The notes under the pieces were generated by a model. The model saw nothing but the letters and a program-made list of their open reading frames with translations, did no database searches and was not told the DNA's origin. This document shows, one piece after another, positions 35,105-43,725 of a DNA stretch of 64,000 nt. Origin of the DNA: Thermoanaerobaculia bacterium (GTDB lineage: Bacteria; Acidobacteriota; Thermoanaerobaculia; Multivoradales; UBA5704); the NCBI GenBank assembly GCA_035544895.1, contig DASZZM010000092.1:5852-69851 (forward strand). Direction: 5' to 3'. The position numbers and the translations under genes are program-made. Numbering within the stretch: the stretch's first letter is position 1; each line of letters begins with the position of its first letter.

Positions 35105-35689
35105 CTGATCGGAGTCGCGCTCGCCGGCGGGGACTCGCGGCGCATGGGAAGCGACAAGATGGCTCTCGATCTGGGCGGAGAGACGCTGCCCGCCCTGGCC
35201 GCCGGGCGGCTGGCGGCGGTCTGCTCCGAAGTGGCGATCGCCGACCGCGGCCGGCGCCTGGTGCCCGGCTACCGTTCCCTGGAGGACGCTGCCGTCGAGG
35301 GACCAGCCGCCGGTATCCTGGGGGCGGCGCGAGCTTATCCAGGGAGCCTCCTGCTCGTCCTCGCCTGCGACCTGCCGCGCATCCCCCTCGCTCTCCTCGC
35401 AGAGCTGGCCGCCTCCTCGGACTGCGACTGGGCCGTGCCCCGCTGGCGCCGCGGCCTCGAGCCCCTCTGCGCCCTCTACGGCCCCGCCGCCCTGGACGCC
35501 CTCGCCCGCCTCGCCGCGCGCGGCCTGCCCGCTCCCCATCGCCTCGGCGACGCCGGCGGCCTCGCCATCCGCTACGTCGACGAGCCCGAGCTTGCCCGCC
35601 ACGGAGCGCTCGAGGACCTCTTCCTCAATGTCAACACCCCCGCCGATCTCGCCCGCTGGCGCCGGCTCGACCCTGCGGACGCCAGGTAG
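35105..35689 (+). CDS. mobA: molybdenum cofactor guanylyltransferase MobA (start codon unresolved)
   Basis: LLIGVALAGGDSRRMGSDKMAL...LLVLACDLP matches the MobA N-terminal GxxLAGGxSxRMGxDK motif. No ATG/GTG/TTG between the repeat and the motif; the only in-frame ATG lies inside the repeat (34973). Confidence 0.7.
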   Translation: MIGVALAGGDSRRMGSDKMALDLGGETLPALAAGRLAAVCSEVAIADRGRRLVPGYRSLEDAAVEGPAAGILGAARAYPGSLLLVLACDLPRIPLALLAELAASSDCDWAVPRWRRGLEPLCALYGPAALDALARLAARGLPAPHRLGDAGGLAIRYVDEPELARHGALEDLFLNVNTPADLARWRRLDPADAR

Positions 35690-35770
35690 TGCTACGATGC
35701 CGACCCGATTTGCCGGCGCTCTGCGAGAGGACGGCGCCGGATCCGTCACGAGATCACAAGGAGAATACGC

Positions 35771-36352
35771 ATGGACCTCAGCCTGACCTTTCTCGTCTGC
35801 CTCCTCGCTTTCGCCGGTGCCGCCCCGGGGGCCGCCCCCGCCAAGCCCGCCAAGACCAATCCCAAGGTCACGCTCGACACCTCGAAGGGCAAGATCGTCA
35901 TCGAGCTCTATCCCGACAAGGCGCCCAAGTCCGTCGAGAACTTCCTCGCCTACGTCCGCTCCGGCACGTACAATGGCACCATCTTCCATCGCGTCATCCC
36001 CGGCTTCATGGTCCAGGGCGGCGGCTATGACGCCAACGGCGAGCAGAGGCCCACGCGCGCCCCCATCCAGAACGAATCGGACAACGGCCTCGCCAACGAG
36101 CGCGGCACCGTCGCCATGGCGCGGACCAACGATCCGAACAGCGCCACGGACCAGTTCTTCATCAACGTCAAGGACAACGCCTTCCTGAACCGGGGGGCGC
36201 AGGGCGCGGGCTACGCGGTGTTCGGCAAGGTGATCGAGGGCATGGACGTGGCCGACAAGATCGTCGCCGTTCCGCGTGGGCACGGCAGCATCGGCGACGA
36301 TCAGCCCAACGAGCCGGTGGTCCTCAACAAGGCGGTGGTGTCGAGCAAGTAG
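35771..36352 (+). CDS. ppiA: peptidyl-prolyl cis-trans isomerase, cyclophilin type, periplasmic
   Basis: Signal peptide, then GTIFHRVIPGFMVQGGG...GTVAMARTNDPNSATDQFFIN...GYAVFGKVIEGMDV cyclophilin signature. Confidence 0.85.
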   Translation: MDLSLTFLVCLLAFAGAAPGAAPAKPAKTNPKVTLDTSKGKIVIELYPDKAPKSVENFLAYVRSGTYNGTIFHRVIPGFMVQGGGYDANGEQRPTRAPIQNESDNGLANERGTVAMARTNDPNSATDQFFINVKDNAFLNRGAQGAGYAVFGKVIEGMDVADKIVAVPRGHGSIGDDQPNEPVVLNKAVVSSK

Positions 36353-36384
36353 GGTCGCTGGTCTTCCCGAAGCCTGCAAGAGTC

Positions 36385-36503
36385 CGGGGGCCGCAGGAGG
36401 TCTCCCGCAGGTTCCCCTTTCGCGGCGGCTCGCATCACAAGACAGGTTCGGGTACACACCGCAGAGCCGCCAGCGAAAGGGGAACCTGCGGGAGACCTCC
36501 TGC
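36385..36503. terminator. long near-perfect hairpin (about 40-bp arms, about 33-nt loop) between ppiA and tRNA-Leu; bidirectional terminator or structured RNA
   Basis: ccgcaggaggtctcccgcaggttcccctttcgcggcggctc ... gagccgccagcgaaaggggaacctgcgggagacctcctgcgg; the arms are reverse complements with one indel. Confidence 0.6.
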
Positions 36504-36581
36504 GGCCCACCACCGTTCACGCTCAGCGCGCGACCCACCGGCCTCAGACACCGCCAGTGAAGCTAGAATTTCTAGGAGGGA

Positions 36582-36666
<85 letters not shown>

Positions 36667-36741
36667 TCAAAGAATAGTCTAGCAAGCCCACCGGCCGGCG
36701 CCCCGATCTAGGGCCCGTCCCGAGTGGGGACCCGAGAGACT

Positions 36742-37128
36742 CTAACGCGGCGGCGGCCCTCCTGGACGGCCGGGAGCTGCCGGCGCGGGCCGCGAGCCGC
36801 CCACCGGCGCGCCGGTCTTGCCGGGAACGGAGACCGGAGCGGTGGCAGGGCTCTTGGCGGGCTTGCCGGCGTTGGTCCTCGCGCCCTTCATCACCGAGCC
36901 CCCGGTCAGCTGTGGGATGCCGATCGCCAGCGTGGTCAAGATGAAGATGATGAACGAGGTGACGGTCAGCTTGTGCAGCAGCGTCGTTGCGCCGCGCGCG
37001 CCAAAGGCGGTCTGCGTGCTGCCGCCGCCGAAGACCGACAGGTCCGCCCCTTTGCCCTGCTGCAGCAAGACCACCAGGATCAAGAACACGCAGACCAGGA
37101 TATGCAGCACATACAGCAGATAGATCAC
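36742..37128 (-). CDS. secG: preprotein translocase subunit SecG (with Pro/Ala-rich C-terminal tail)
   Basis: [46 protein letters not shown]...LTTLAIG is the SecG signature; GTG start at 37128 (the listed ORF is extended upstream). Confidence 0.75.
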   Translation of the reverse strand: MIYLLYVLHILVCVFLILVVLLQQGKGADLSVFGGGSTQTAFGARGATTLLHKLTVTSFIIFILTTLAIGIPQLTGGSVMKGARTNAGKPAKSPATAPVSVPGKTGAPVGGSRPAPAAPGRPGGPPPR

Positions 37129-37240
37129 GGGTCGGGCCTCCAGCGCGGGGTAGGGACCCGGCGCTTTCCAGGGAAAGAGACGATCGAGTGCCGGCACGGC
37201 TGCGACGACTGCGACGACCGCAGCAGGGAGCGGCGGGCCG

Positions 37241-38020
37241 TCAGCCGGAAACACGAATGATAGCAAGGAATCGATGCGGGTCCAAACTGGCGCCGCCGAC
37301 GAGAAAGCCGTCGATGGCCTCCTGCTCAATCAGCCCGTCCGCGTTCTCCGGCGTGACCGAGCCTCCGTAGACGATGGGAATGGCGGGTGCCCCTTCGCCC
37401 ATCAGCTCCTCCACCACTCCGCGCATGAAGGCATGGGCCTCCTGAGCCATCTCGGGAGTCGCCGTGTCGCCGGTACCGATGGCCCAGACCGGCTCGTAGG
37501 CAATTGCCACCGGCTCCGGCCTGCCGGCGAGCGCGCGGCGCAGCTGGCGCCCGAGCACCTCGAACGTGCGACCGGCCTTGCGCTGGGTCCGGGTCTCCCC
37601 CACGCAGAGCATGGGAGTGAGCCCAAGCCGGACGGCCGTGGCCACCTTGCGGGCGATCAGCTCGTCGCTCTCGCCATGATCCCGCCGCCGCTCGCTGTGG
37701 CCGCACAGCACCCAGGAGCAGCCCGCGTCGGCAAGCTGGCGCCCTGAGACGTCGCCGGTGTGCGCCCCCTTGTCCTCGGGGTGCAGGTCCTGCCCGCCCA
37801 CGGCCACCTCGTTGTCCACCAGCTCACGCGCCACCACCGGGATGAGCGGGAACGAAGGAAAGATCACGATCCGCGCCGTCTGCTCGAGCAGGGCGTCGGA
37901 AGCCGCCAGGCCGCGGCGCAGCGCCCGGCAGAAGTCGATGGCCTCGGCCTTGAGCAGGTTCATCTTCCAGTTGGCCGCCACCACCGGCCGGCGTCTGCTC
38001 GGAGGGCGCTCGGCGCTCAT
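37241..38020 (-). CDS. tpiA: triose-phosphate isomerase
   Basis: VVAANWKMN...AYEPVWAIGTG...VYGGSV TIM motifs. Confidence 0.9.
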   Translation of the reverse strand: MSAERPPSRRRPVVAANWKMNLLKAEAIDFCRALRRGLAASDALLEQTARIVIFPSFPLIPVVARELVDNEVAVGGQDLHPEDKGAHTGDVSGRQLADAGCSWVLCGHSERRRDHGESDELIARKVATAVRLGLTPMLCVGETRTQRKAGRTFEVLGRQLRRALAGRPEPVAIAYEPVWAIGTGDTATPEMAQEAHAFMRGVVEELMGEGAPAIPIVYGGSVTPENADGLIEQEAIDGFLVGGASLDPHRFLAIIRVSG

Positions 38021-39273
38021 TGCCCGCGCTCCAGGACCGCGACGCCGGGAAGCTCCTTGCCGGCCAGGAGTTCCAGGGCCGCTCCGCCGCCGGTCGACAC
38101 ATGACCGATGCGGCCCGCCACTCCCGCCTGGCGCGCAGCGGCCACGGTCTCGCCGCCGCCGATCACCGAGTACCCCGCGCAGCCGGCCAGAGCCTGTGCC
38201 ATCTCACGCGTACCGGCATCGAAAGGCGGCTTCTCGAAGACACCGAGCGGGCCGTTCCAGAGCAGGGTGCGCGCCCCTGCCATCGCCCGCGCGAACGCCT
38301 GCCGAGTGGCCGGGCCGATATCCACCGCCCTGGTGCCCGGAGGCACCCGGTCAGCCGGCACCGTCTCGATCCGCCGCGGCTGGTCGAGGTCGTCGGTCAC
38401 CACCAGGTCGAGCGGCAGCAGCACCTCGACGCCGCGGGCGGCGGCGCGCTCCAGGATCTCGCGCGCCAGCGGAACCCGGTCCTCCTCGAAGAGCGAGGCG
38501 CCAAGCTGGTACCCGCGAGCCCGCAGGAAAGTGTTGGCCATGCCGCCGCCCAGCAGCAGGACGTCGAGCCGGGGTAGAAGGTTGGCGAGGGTATCGATCT
38601 TGCCTTCGATCTTGGCGCCTCCGAGCAGAGCGACAAAGGGCCGCTCGGCGTCACCGAGAAGCCGGGCCAGGGATGCGACCTCTCTCGCCATCAGGCGGCC
38701 GGCGGCCCTGCGGGTCAGCTGGCGCGTGATCCCGACCACCGAAGCGTGGGCGCGGTGGGCGCTGCCGAAGGCGTCGTCCACGTAGACCTCGGCCAGGGCT
38801 GCGAGCTGCGCCGCGAAGGCCGGATCATTGCGCGTCTCGCCGGCATGGAAACGCAAGTTTTCCAGCAGCAGCACCTCGCCGCGGCCCAGCGCGGCCGCCG
38901 CGGCCGCGGCCTTCTCGCCGACGCAGTCTTCGGCGAAGCCGATTTCCTGGCCGAGCAGCTCCGCGAGCCTTTCGGCCACCGGGCGCAGGCTGAACCGCGC
39001 GTCGCGCTCGCCCTTCGGCCGTCCACAATGGGAAGCGAGCAGCAGGCAGCCGCCCGCCGCTGCGAGCTCGCGCAGGGTCGGCAGCGCTTCGATCAGCCGG
39101 GAATCGTCCAAGACCCTGCGGCCGGTGCCGGCCGCGGCCTCGCCGCCGGTCCCGGCGTCCTCCGCCTTCCCGGACGGCTGGGCGAGAGGAACGTTGAAAT
39201 CCACGCGGACGAACACCCGCTTGCCCCCGAGAGCTCCGAGGTCGAGGTCCTCCAGGGTCAGCAGATCGCTCAT
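38017..39273 (-). CDS. pgk: phosphoglycerate kinase
   Basis: RVFVRVDFNVP...LLENLRFH...LLGGAKI..GKI...GGGMANTFL...NGPLGVFE...VIGGGET Pgk motifs; overlaps tpiA by 4 bp. Confidence 0.9.
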   Translation of the reverse strand: MSDLLTLEDLDLGALGGKRVFVRVDFNVPLAQPSGKAEDAGTGGEAAAGTGRRVLDDSRLIEALPTLRELAAAGGCLLLASHCGRPKGERDARFSLRPVAERLAELLGQEIGFAEDCVGEKAAAAAAALGRGEVLLLENLRFHAGETRNDPAFAAQLAALAEVYVDDAFGSAHRAHASVVGITRQLTRRAAGRLMAREVASLARLLGDAERPFVALLGGAKIEGKIDTLANLLPRLDVLLLGGGMANTFLRARGYQLGASLFEEDRVPLAREILERAAARGVEVLLPLDLVVTDDLDQPRRIETVPADRVPPGTRAVDIGPATRQAFARAMAGARTLLWNGPLGVFEKPPFDAGTREMAQALAGCAGYSVIGGGETVAAARQAGVAGRIGHVSTGGGAALELLAGKELPGVAVLERGQ

Positions 39274-39343
39274 GGATGCGCGTCCTTCTCAGTGGGCACC
39301 GGCTGTGCCGACCCGAAGGATGAGATGGTACTGCGAGTTCTTC

Positions 39344-40357
39344 TTAGAGACATAGCGTAGCCTGGCGGCTCAGCAGATCGGCAAGCCGATGGGCGTAGCC
39401 CCACTCGTTGTCGTACCAGGCCACGACCCGCGCCAGGTCGCCGACCGTCTGCACCAGGGCAAGGTCGACGACGGCCGACCGGGGATCGCCGACGAAGTCG
39501 GACGAGACGAGCTCTTCGTCGCTCACTCCCACGAGCCCCGCGAGAGGCCCCTCCGCGGCATCGCGGAACGCTTGCCGCACCTCTTCCAACGTCACTCGCC
39601 GGTCGAGCGACGCCACCAGGTCGAGCATGGCGACTGCCGGCGTCGGCACGCGCGCCGAGAATCCCTCGATCCGGCCGGCGAGCTCCGGACAGATGAGCCC
39701 GACGGCATGCGGCGCGGTCGTGGAAGTGGGAATGATGTTGAGCGCCGCCGCGCGCGCCCGCCGCGGCTCCGGGTGCGCGAGGTCGAGCAGCCGCTGGCTC
39801 TCGGTGTAGCTGTGCACGGTGCTGGCAAGCGCTCCACGCAACCCAAACCGCTCGTGCAGCACGCGAGCCACCAGCGCCAGGCAGTTGGTCGTGCACGAGG
39901 CGTTGCTGACCACGCTGTGAAGGCGCGGGTCGTAGTCGCGCTCATTGATTCCCTGGCAGACCGTGATATCGGCTGGATCGTCCGGATCGGCATTGGCCGA
40001 GATGACGACCGAGAGGGCGCCCGCCGCCAGATGGGCCGCCGCCCGGCCGCGCCCGGTGAAGCGGCCCGTGGCCTCGATCACCACCGTGACGCCGGCTTTC
40101 CGCCAATCGATCCTCGCCGGCTCCGGCTGGTGGCTGACCGGGACGTCGCGGCCGTCGATGCGCAGCGCCTCCGCCGCGGCCGCAACCGTGGCGCGGAAAG
40201 GCCCATGCACCGTGTCACGGGCCAGGAGGCGCGCCAGCACCGGTATCTCGACGATATCGTTGATCGCCGCGAGCTCGAGCTCGGGCCGGTCCCAGGCGAT
40301 GCGCAGGAGAGCACGGCCGATGCGGCCGAAGCCGTTGATGGCGTAGCGGAGGGGCAT
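39344..40357 (-). CDS. gap: glyceraldehyde-3-phosphate dehydrogenase (type I)
   Basis: INGFGRIGRALLR...SNASCTTNCLA...WYDNEWGY; start at MPLRYAING (the listed ORF is extended). Confidence 0.9.
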   Translation of the reverse strand: MPLRYAINGFGRIGRALLRIAWDRPELELAAINDIVEIPVLARLLARDTVHGPFRATVAAAAEALRIDGRDVPVSHQPEPARIDWRKAGVTVVIEATGRFTGRGRAAAHLAAGALSVVISANADPDDPADITVCQGINERDYDPRLHSVVSNASCTTNCLALVARVLHERFGLRGALASTVHSYTESQRLLDLAHPEPRRARAAALNIIPTSTTAPHAVGLICPELAGRIEGFSARVPTPAVAMLDLVASLDRRVTLEEVRQAFRDAAEGPLAGLVGVSDEELVSSDFVGDPRSAVVDLALVQTVGDLARVVAWYDNEWGYAHRLADLLSRQATLCL

Positions 40358-40485
40358 GGTCTCGGTGGGCGAGTCGGCAAACCGCCAAGCCACTCTATCA
40401 GCGGTGTCACGGGCCGGCACTTCGGGGCACTGATAGAATGGGCTGTGGCTCGCCGAGCGCGGCCTTCTATTACAGGAGGACGACA

Positions 40486-40848
40486 ATGGAAATGGGCAAG
40501 TATTGCAAGGCCTATCTCGCCAAGGACTTGCGGCAGTATCCCGGATGGAGCGAGAACAAGGCCAACGTGCGCAAGGAAAAGAAGGAGGTCGACGGCAAGG
40601 AAATCGAGGTCGACCGCGAGCTGGACGACGAGTCCATCCTCTACATCCAGGAGAACTATGTCGTCACCGACGACATCTTCAAGGACGAGCACATCATCTT
40701 CGACAACGTGACCGACGAATGGAAGCAGTTCTGCCACGAGACTCTCCACTTCGAGATCCCGGTCTATGAGCCGATCGAGATCCCGCGGGCCGAGGAGCCT
40801 GCTCCAGCGGCCGCCGCCGACACCGAGCCGGCACCCAGCAACGGATAG
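40486..40848 (+). CDS. conserved hypothetical protein (120 aa, acidic)
   Basis: AGGAGGA RBS, ATG, coding-like composition (MEMGKYCKAYLAKDLRQYPGWSENKANVRKEKKEV...); no recognisable domain. Confidence 0.5.
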   Translation: MEMGKYCKAYLAKDLRQYPGWSENKANVRKEKKEVDGKEIEVDRELDDESILYIQENYVVTDDIFKDEHIIFDNVTDEWKQFCHETLHFEIPVYEPIEIPRAEEPAPAAAADTEPAPSNG

Positions 40849-40852
40849 AGGG

Positions 40853-40897
40853 CGCGGGGGGGAAGGGGACGCCCCCACCCCTGGCGCACGCACCTTC
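40853..40897 (+). repeat. REP/MITE-like repeat, partial copy C (3' half only)
   Basis: gcgcgggggggaaggggacgcccccacccctggcgcacgcacc matches the 3' arm of copies B/D; directly abuts the conserved TsaD N-terminus. Confidence 0.6.
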
Positions 40898-41947
40898 GTT
40901 CTTGGCATAGAGACGTCGTGTGACGATACCGCCTGCTCCGTCCTCGATGGCGAGGGGCGGGTGCTCTCTTCGGTCGTCTCGAGCCAGCTCGCCGCCCATC
41001 GTCCCTACGGCGGTGTCGTTCCCGAAATCGCCTCGCGCGAGCATCTGGCCAACTGGCTGCCGGTGAGCGGGGAGGCGTTGGCGCTCGCCGGCGTCACACC
41101 CGCGCAGTTGGAGGTGGTGGCGGCGACGCGCGGCCCCGGGCTGGTCGGCGCGCTGCTGGTCGGCCTGGCCCTGGGCAAAGCCTTCGCCTTCGCGCTCGGC
41201 CGTCCCTTTCACGCCATTCACCATCTGGAGGGCCACCTCTACTCGCCTTTCCTCAGCGCGCCGGATCAGATCGCCGTGCCGGCCGAGCCGCCGCCGGCGC
41301 GCTTTGCCGGGCTGGTGCTCTCGGGCGGACATACCAGCCTGTTCGCGGTTTCGGAAGGGCGGATCGAGACGCTCGGCGAGACACGCGACGACGCCATTGG
41401 AGAAGTCTTCGACAAGCTGGGCAAGCGGCTCGGCCTGCCCTACCCGCAAGGGCCGCGGCTCGATGAGCTGGCCGAGCGCGGCGACCAGCAATCGCGCCGC
41501 TTGCCGGTCCCCGCCTGCGGCGGCACCCTCGACTTCTCCTTCTCCGGGTTGAAGAGCCACGCCCTGGTCGAGGTCGAAAAGTTGGAGCGCCGCCTCGGCC
41601 CGCTCTGGCTGGGCGGCCCGCGGCCGGACGCGCCGCAGGAGCTTCTCGACCTGCTCGCCGCCTTTCGCGCCGCCGCGATCGCCCAGGTGTTCGACCGCCT
41701 CGACCGCCTGCTGGATCGCCAGCCGGTCGAGCTCCTGGCAGTGTCGGGCGGCGCCGCCGCCAACCGTCTCCTGCGCCGCGAGCTCCCTTCCTGGGCCGCA
41801 CGCCGCGGCCTCGCCCTCCGCCTCGTGCCCCTCGCCTACGCCGGCGACAACGCCGCCATGATCGCCCACGCCGCCCTCCTCCGCCATCACCGTGGCCTGG
41901 CGGACGATCCCTTCACCGCGGAAGCCGAGAGCCGGATTCGGATCTAG
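40895..41947 (+). CDS. tsaD: tRNA N6-adenosine threonylcarbamoyltransferase TsaD (start codon unresolved)
   Basis: FVLGIETSCDDTACSVLDGEG...HHLEGHLYSP...GLVLSGGHTSL...LSGGAAANRLLR is the Kae1/TsaD family. No canonical start between the repeat and VLGIETSCDD; the listed ORF starts at 40766, reading through the repeat and overlapping the upstream gene. Confidence 0.8.
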   Translation, partial: FVLGIETSCDDTACSVLDGEGRVLSSVVSSQLAAHRPYGGVVPEIASREHLANWLPVSGEALALAGVTPAQLEVVAATRGPGLVGALLVGLALGKAFAFALGRPFHAIHHLEGHLYSPFLSAPDQIAVPAEPPPARFAGLVLSGGHTSLFAVSEGRIETLGETRDDAIGEVFDKLGKRLGLPYPQGPRLDELAERGDQQSRRLPVPACGGTLDFSFSGLKSHALVEVEKLERRLGPLWLGGPRPDAPQELLDLLAAFRAAAIAQVFDRLDRLLDRQPVELLAVSGGAAANRLLRRELPSWAARRGLALRLVPLAYAGDNAAMIAHAALLRHHRGLADDPFTAEAESRIRI

Positions 41948-41983
41948 CTAGTCTTAGCTGCCACCGCCTGCTGCGACTCCGAG

Positions 41984-42107
41984 GCATGAACAGCGCTCGC
42001 TAACTGGCGATGGCGGCCTCCGATCTATCGGATCGCCCCCCGCAACCCCTCGATCCCCTTCCCTCCCCTCCGGGGGGGAAGGGGACGCCCCCGCCCCTGA
42101 CGTACGG
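41984..42107 (+). repeat. REP/MITE-like hairpin repeat, copy D (full length)
   Basis: catgaacagcgctcgctaactggcgatggcggcctccgatctatcggatcgccccccgcaacccctcgatccccttccctcccctccgggggggaaggggacgcccccgcccctgacgtacgg; upstream of lrp. Confidence 0.75.
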
Positions 42108-42189
42108 AGAGTTTCGTCTTAACCTGGGGCCCGGCCTGCCAGATTTCTCCTGGGCTGGGTTATGATCGGGAGGGGGAGGGAGAGAGCGC

Positions 42190-42690
42190 ATGATCGACGG
42201 TATTGATGTGGAAATCCTGAAGATCCTTCAGCAGAATGCCCGGATCTCCAATGCGGAGATCGCTCGGAAGGTAGGAATGGCGCCGTCGGCGATACTCGAG
42301 CGCATTCGCAAGCTCGAGGGGAGAGGGGTCATCCAGGGATATGAGGCGAGGATCGACCCAGCGGCCCTGGGCCTGCATCTGCTGGCCTTCGTCTTCGTGC
42401 GTTCCGACGAGCTGGCCGGCGAGGCGCAGACGGCACAGGAGCTGGCGCGGATTCCGGAAGTGCAGGAGGTCCATCACATCGCCGGGGAGGATTGTTTCCT
42501 GCTCAAGGTGCGGGTCACCGATCCGAAGTCGCTCAGCCGCCTGCTGCGCGAGGGGCTGGGCAAGGGACAGGGGATCCGCTCGACCCGCACCACCATCGTC
42601 CTGGAGACGGCTCTCGAGAGCGCCCGGCTGCCGGTCACGGCGGTTGGCGCCACGGCGAAGCTGGAGGTGCTCCATGCCGACCAGCGCTGA
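42190..42690 (+). CDS. lrp: Lrp/AsnC family transcriptional regulator
   Basis: MIDGIDVEILKILQQNARISNAEIARKVGMAPSAILERIRKLE (HTH) plus RAM domain (…LLAFVFVRSDE…FLLKVRV…). Confidence 0.85.
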   Translation: MIDGIDVEILKILQQNARISNAEIARKVGMAPSAILERIRKLEGRGVIQGYEARIDPAALGLHLLAFVFVRSDELAGEAQTAQELARIPEVQEVHHIAGEDCFLLKVRVTDPKSLSRLLREGLGKGQGIRSTRTTIVLETALESARLPVTAVGATAKLEVLHADQR

Positions 42691-43678
42691 AACCCCGGCC
42701 CTTCGCGTGGCGCAATGGCGCATTGCCCTCGCCCTGGCGGCGGTCTACGTTGTTTGGGGATCGACCTATCTGGCCATGCGCGTCAGCATCGAGACGCTGC
42801 CGCCCTTGACGGCTGCCGGCCTGCGTTACCTCGCCGCCGGGGGCCTGGTCTACGGGTGGGCGCGCTGGCGCGGCGCGCCTCCCGCGAGCGCGCGCCACTG
42901 GCGCTCGGCGGCGGTGATCGGCGCCCTTCTCCTGCTCGCCGGCAACGGCGGCGTGATGTGGGCGGAGCAGCAGGTGCCGTCGGGGCTGGCGGCGCTGGTC
43001 ATCTCCACCGAGCCCCTGTGGATCGTTCTCCTGGTCTGGATGAGGCGGGGAGGAAGACGGCCGAGCTCTCGGGTCGCCATCGGCCTGGTGATCGGCTTCG
43101 CCGGCCTGGCGCTCCTGGTGCGCCCGAGCGCCGGCAATGGCCTGCCGCTCGCCGGCACCGTCGTGCTGGCGGTTGCCTCGGTCTGCTGGGCAGCCGGCTC
43201 GGTGTACTCGCAGCGCGCTCCGCTCCCCGCCTCCCCGCTGCTGGCCACCGGCATTCAGATGCTGTGCGGTGGCGCGCTCCTCTTCCTCGCGGGCGCCGTG
43301 GCGGGAGAGCCCGCACGCTTCGCCGTCGCCGCGGTCTCCTCACGCTCGGTCCTGGCCCTGCTCTACCTGATCGTCTTCGGCTCCATGGTCGCCTTCACCT
43401 GCTACAGCTGGCTCCTCCGCGTCGCCTCGCCGGTCCTCGTCTCCACCTACGCCTACGTCAATCCCGTCATCGCCGTCTTCCTCGGCTGGGCCCTCGCCCA
43501 CGAGCCCATCACCTCCGGCACCCTCCTCGCCGCCGCCGTCATCCTCGCCGGCGTCGTCCTCATCACCACCGCCGAAGCCACCCGCGCCCGTCGCCCCGCG
43601 CCCCACCGGCCGCAACCCTCCACCATCCCCACCCATCCGGCGGAGGAGCTCGTCGAAGCCGAGACCTGCCCCAGATAA
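42674..43678 (+). CDS. EamA/DMT-family transporter
   Basis: Ten TM helices with two EamA-like halves (…VYVVWGSTYLAMRV…; …LLYLIVFGSMVAFTCYSWLL…). Start at MPTSAETPALR; the listed ORF 42341.. is extended through lrp. Confidence 0.75.
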   Translation: MPTSAETPALRVAQWRIALALAAVYVVWGSTYLAMRVSIETLPPLTAAGLRYLAAGGLVYGWARWRGAPPASARHWRSAAVIGALLLLAGNGGVMWAEQQVPSGLAALVISTEPLWIVLLVWMRRGGRRPSSRVAIGLVIGFAGLALLVRPSAGNGLPLAGTVVLAVASVCWAAGSVYSQRAPLPASPLLATGIQMLCGGALLFLAGAVAGEPARFAVAAVSSRSVLALLYLIVFGSMVAFTCYSWLLRVASPVLVSTYAYVNPVIAVFLGWALAHEPITSGTLLAAAVILAGVVLITTAEATRARRPAPHRPQPSTIPTHPAEELVEAETCPR

Positions 43679-43725
43679 CCCCCCCCATTTTCTGGGGCGA
43701 CAACGGGGCCCTCTAGAATAAGCCT

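Noticed and set aside
38020-39360. Several + ORFs (38020..38577, 38108..38785, 38746..39360, 38828..39355)
   Set aside because: Antisense to pgk/gap; the glycolytic genes on the minus strand are unambiguous.
40766-40894. N-terminal 43 aa of listed tsaD ORF starting at ATG 40766
   Set aside because: Would overlap the upstream gene by 83 bp and translate through a repeat element. Kept as a possibility in the findings but not called as the start.
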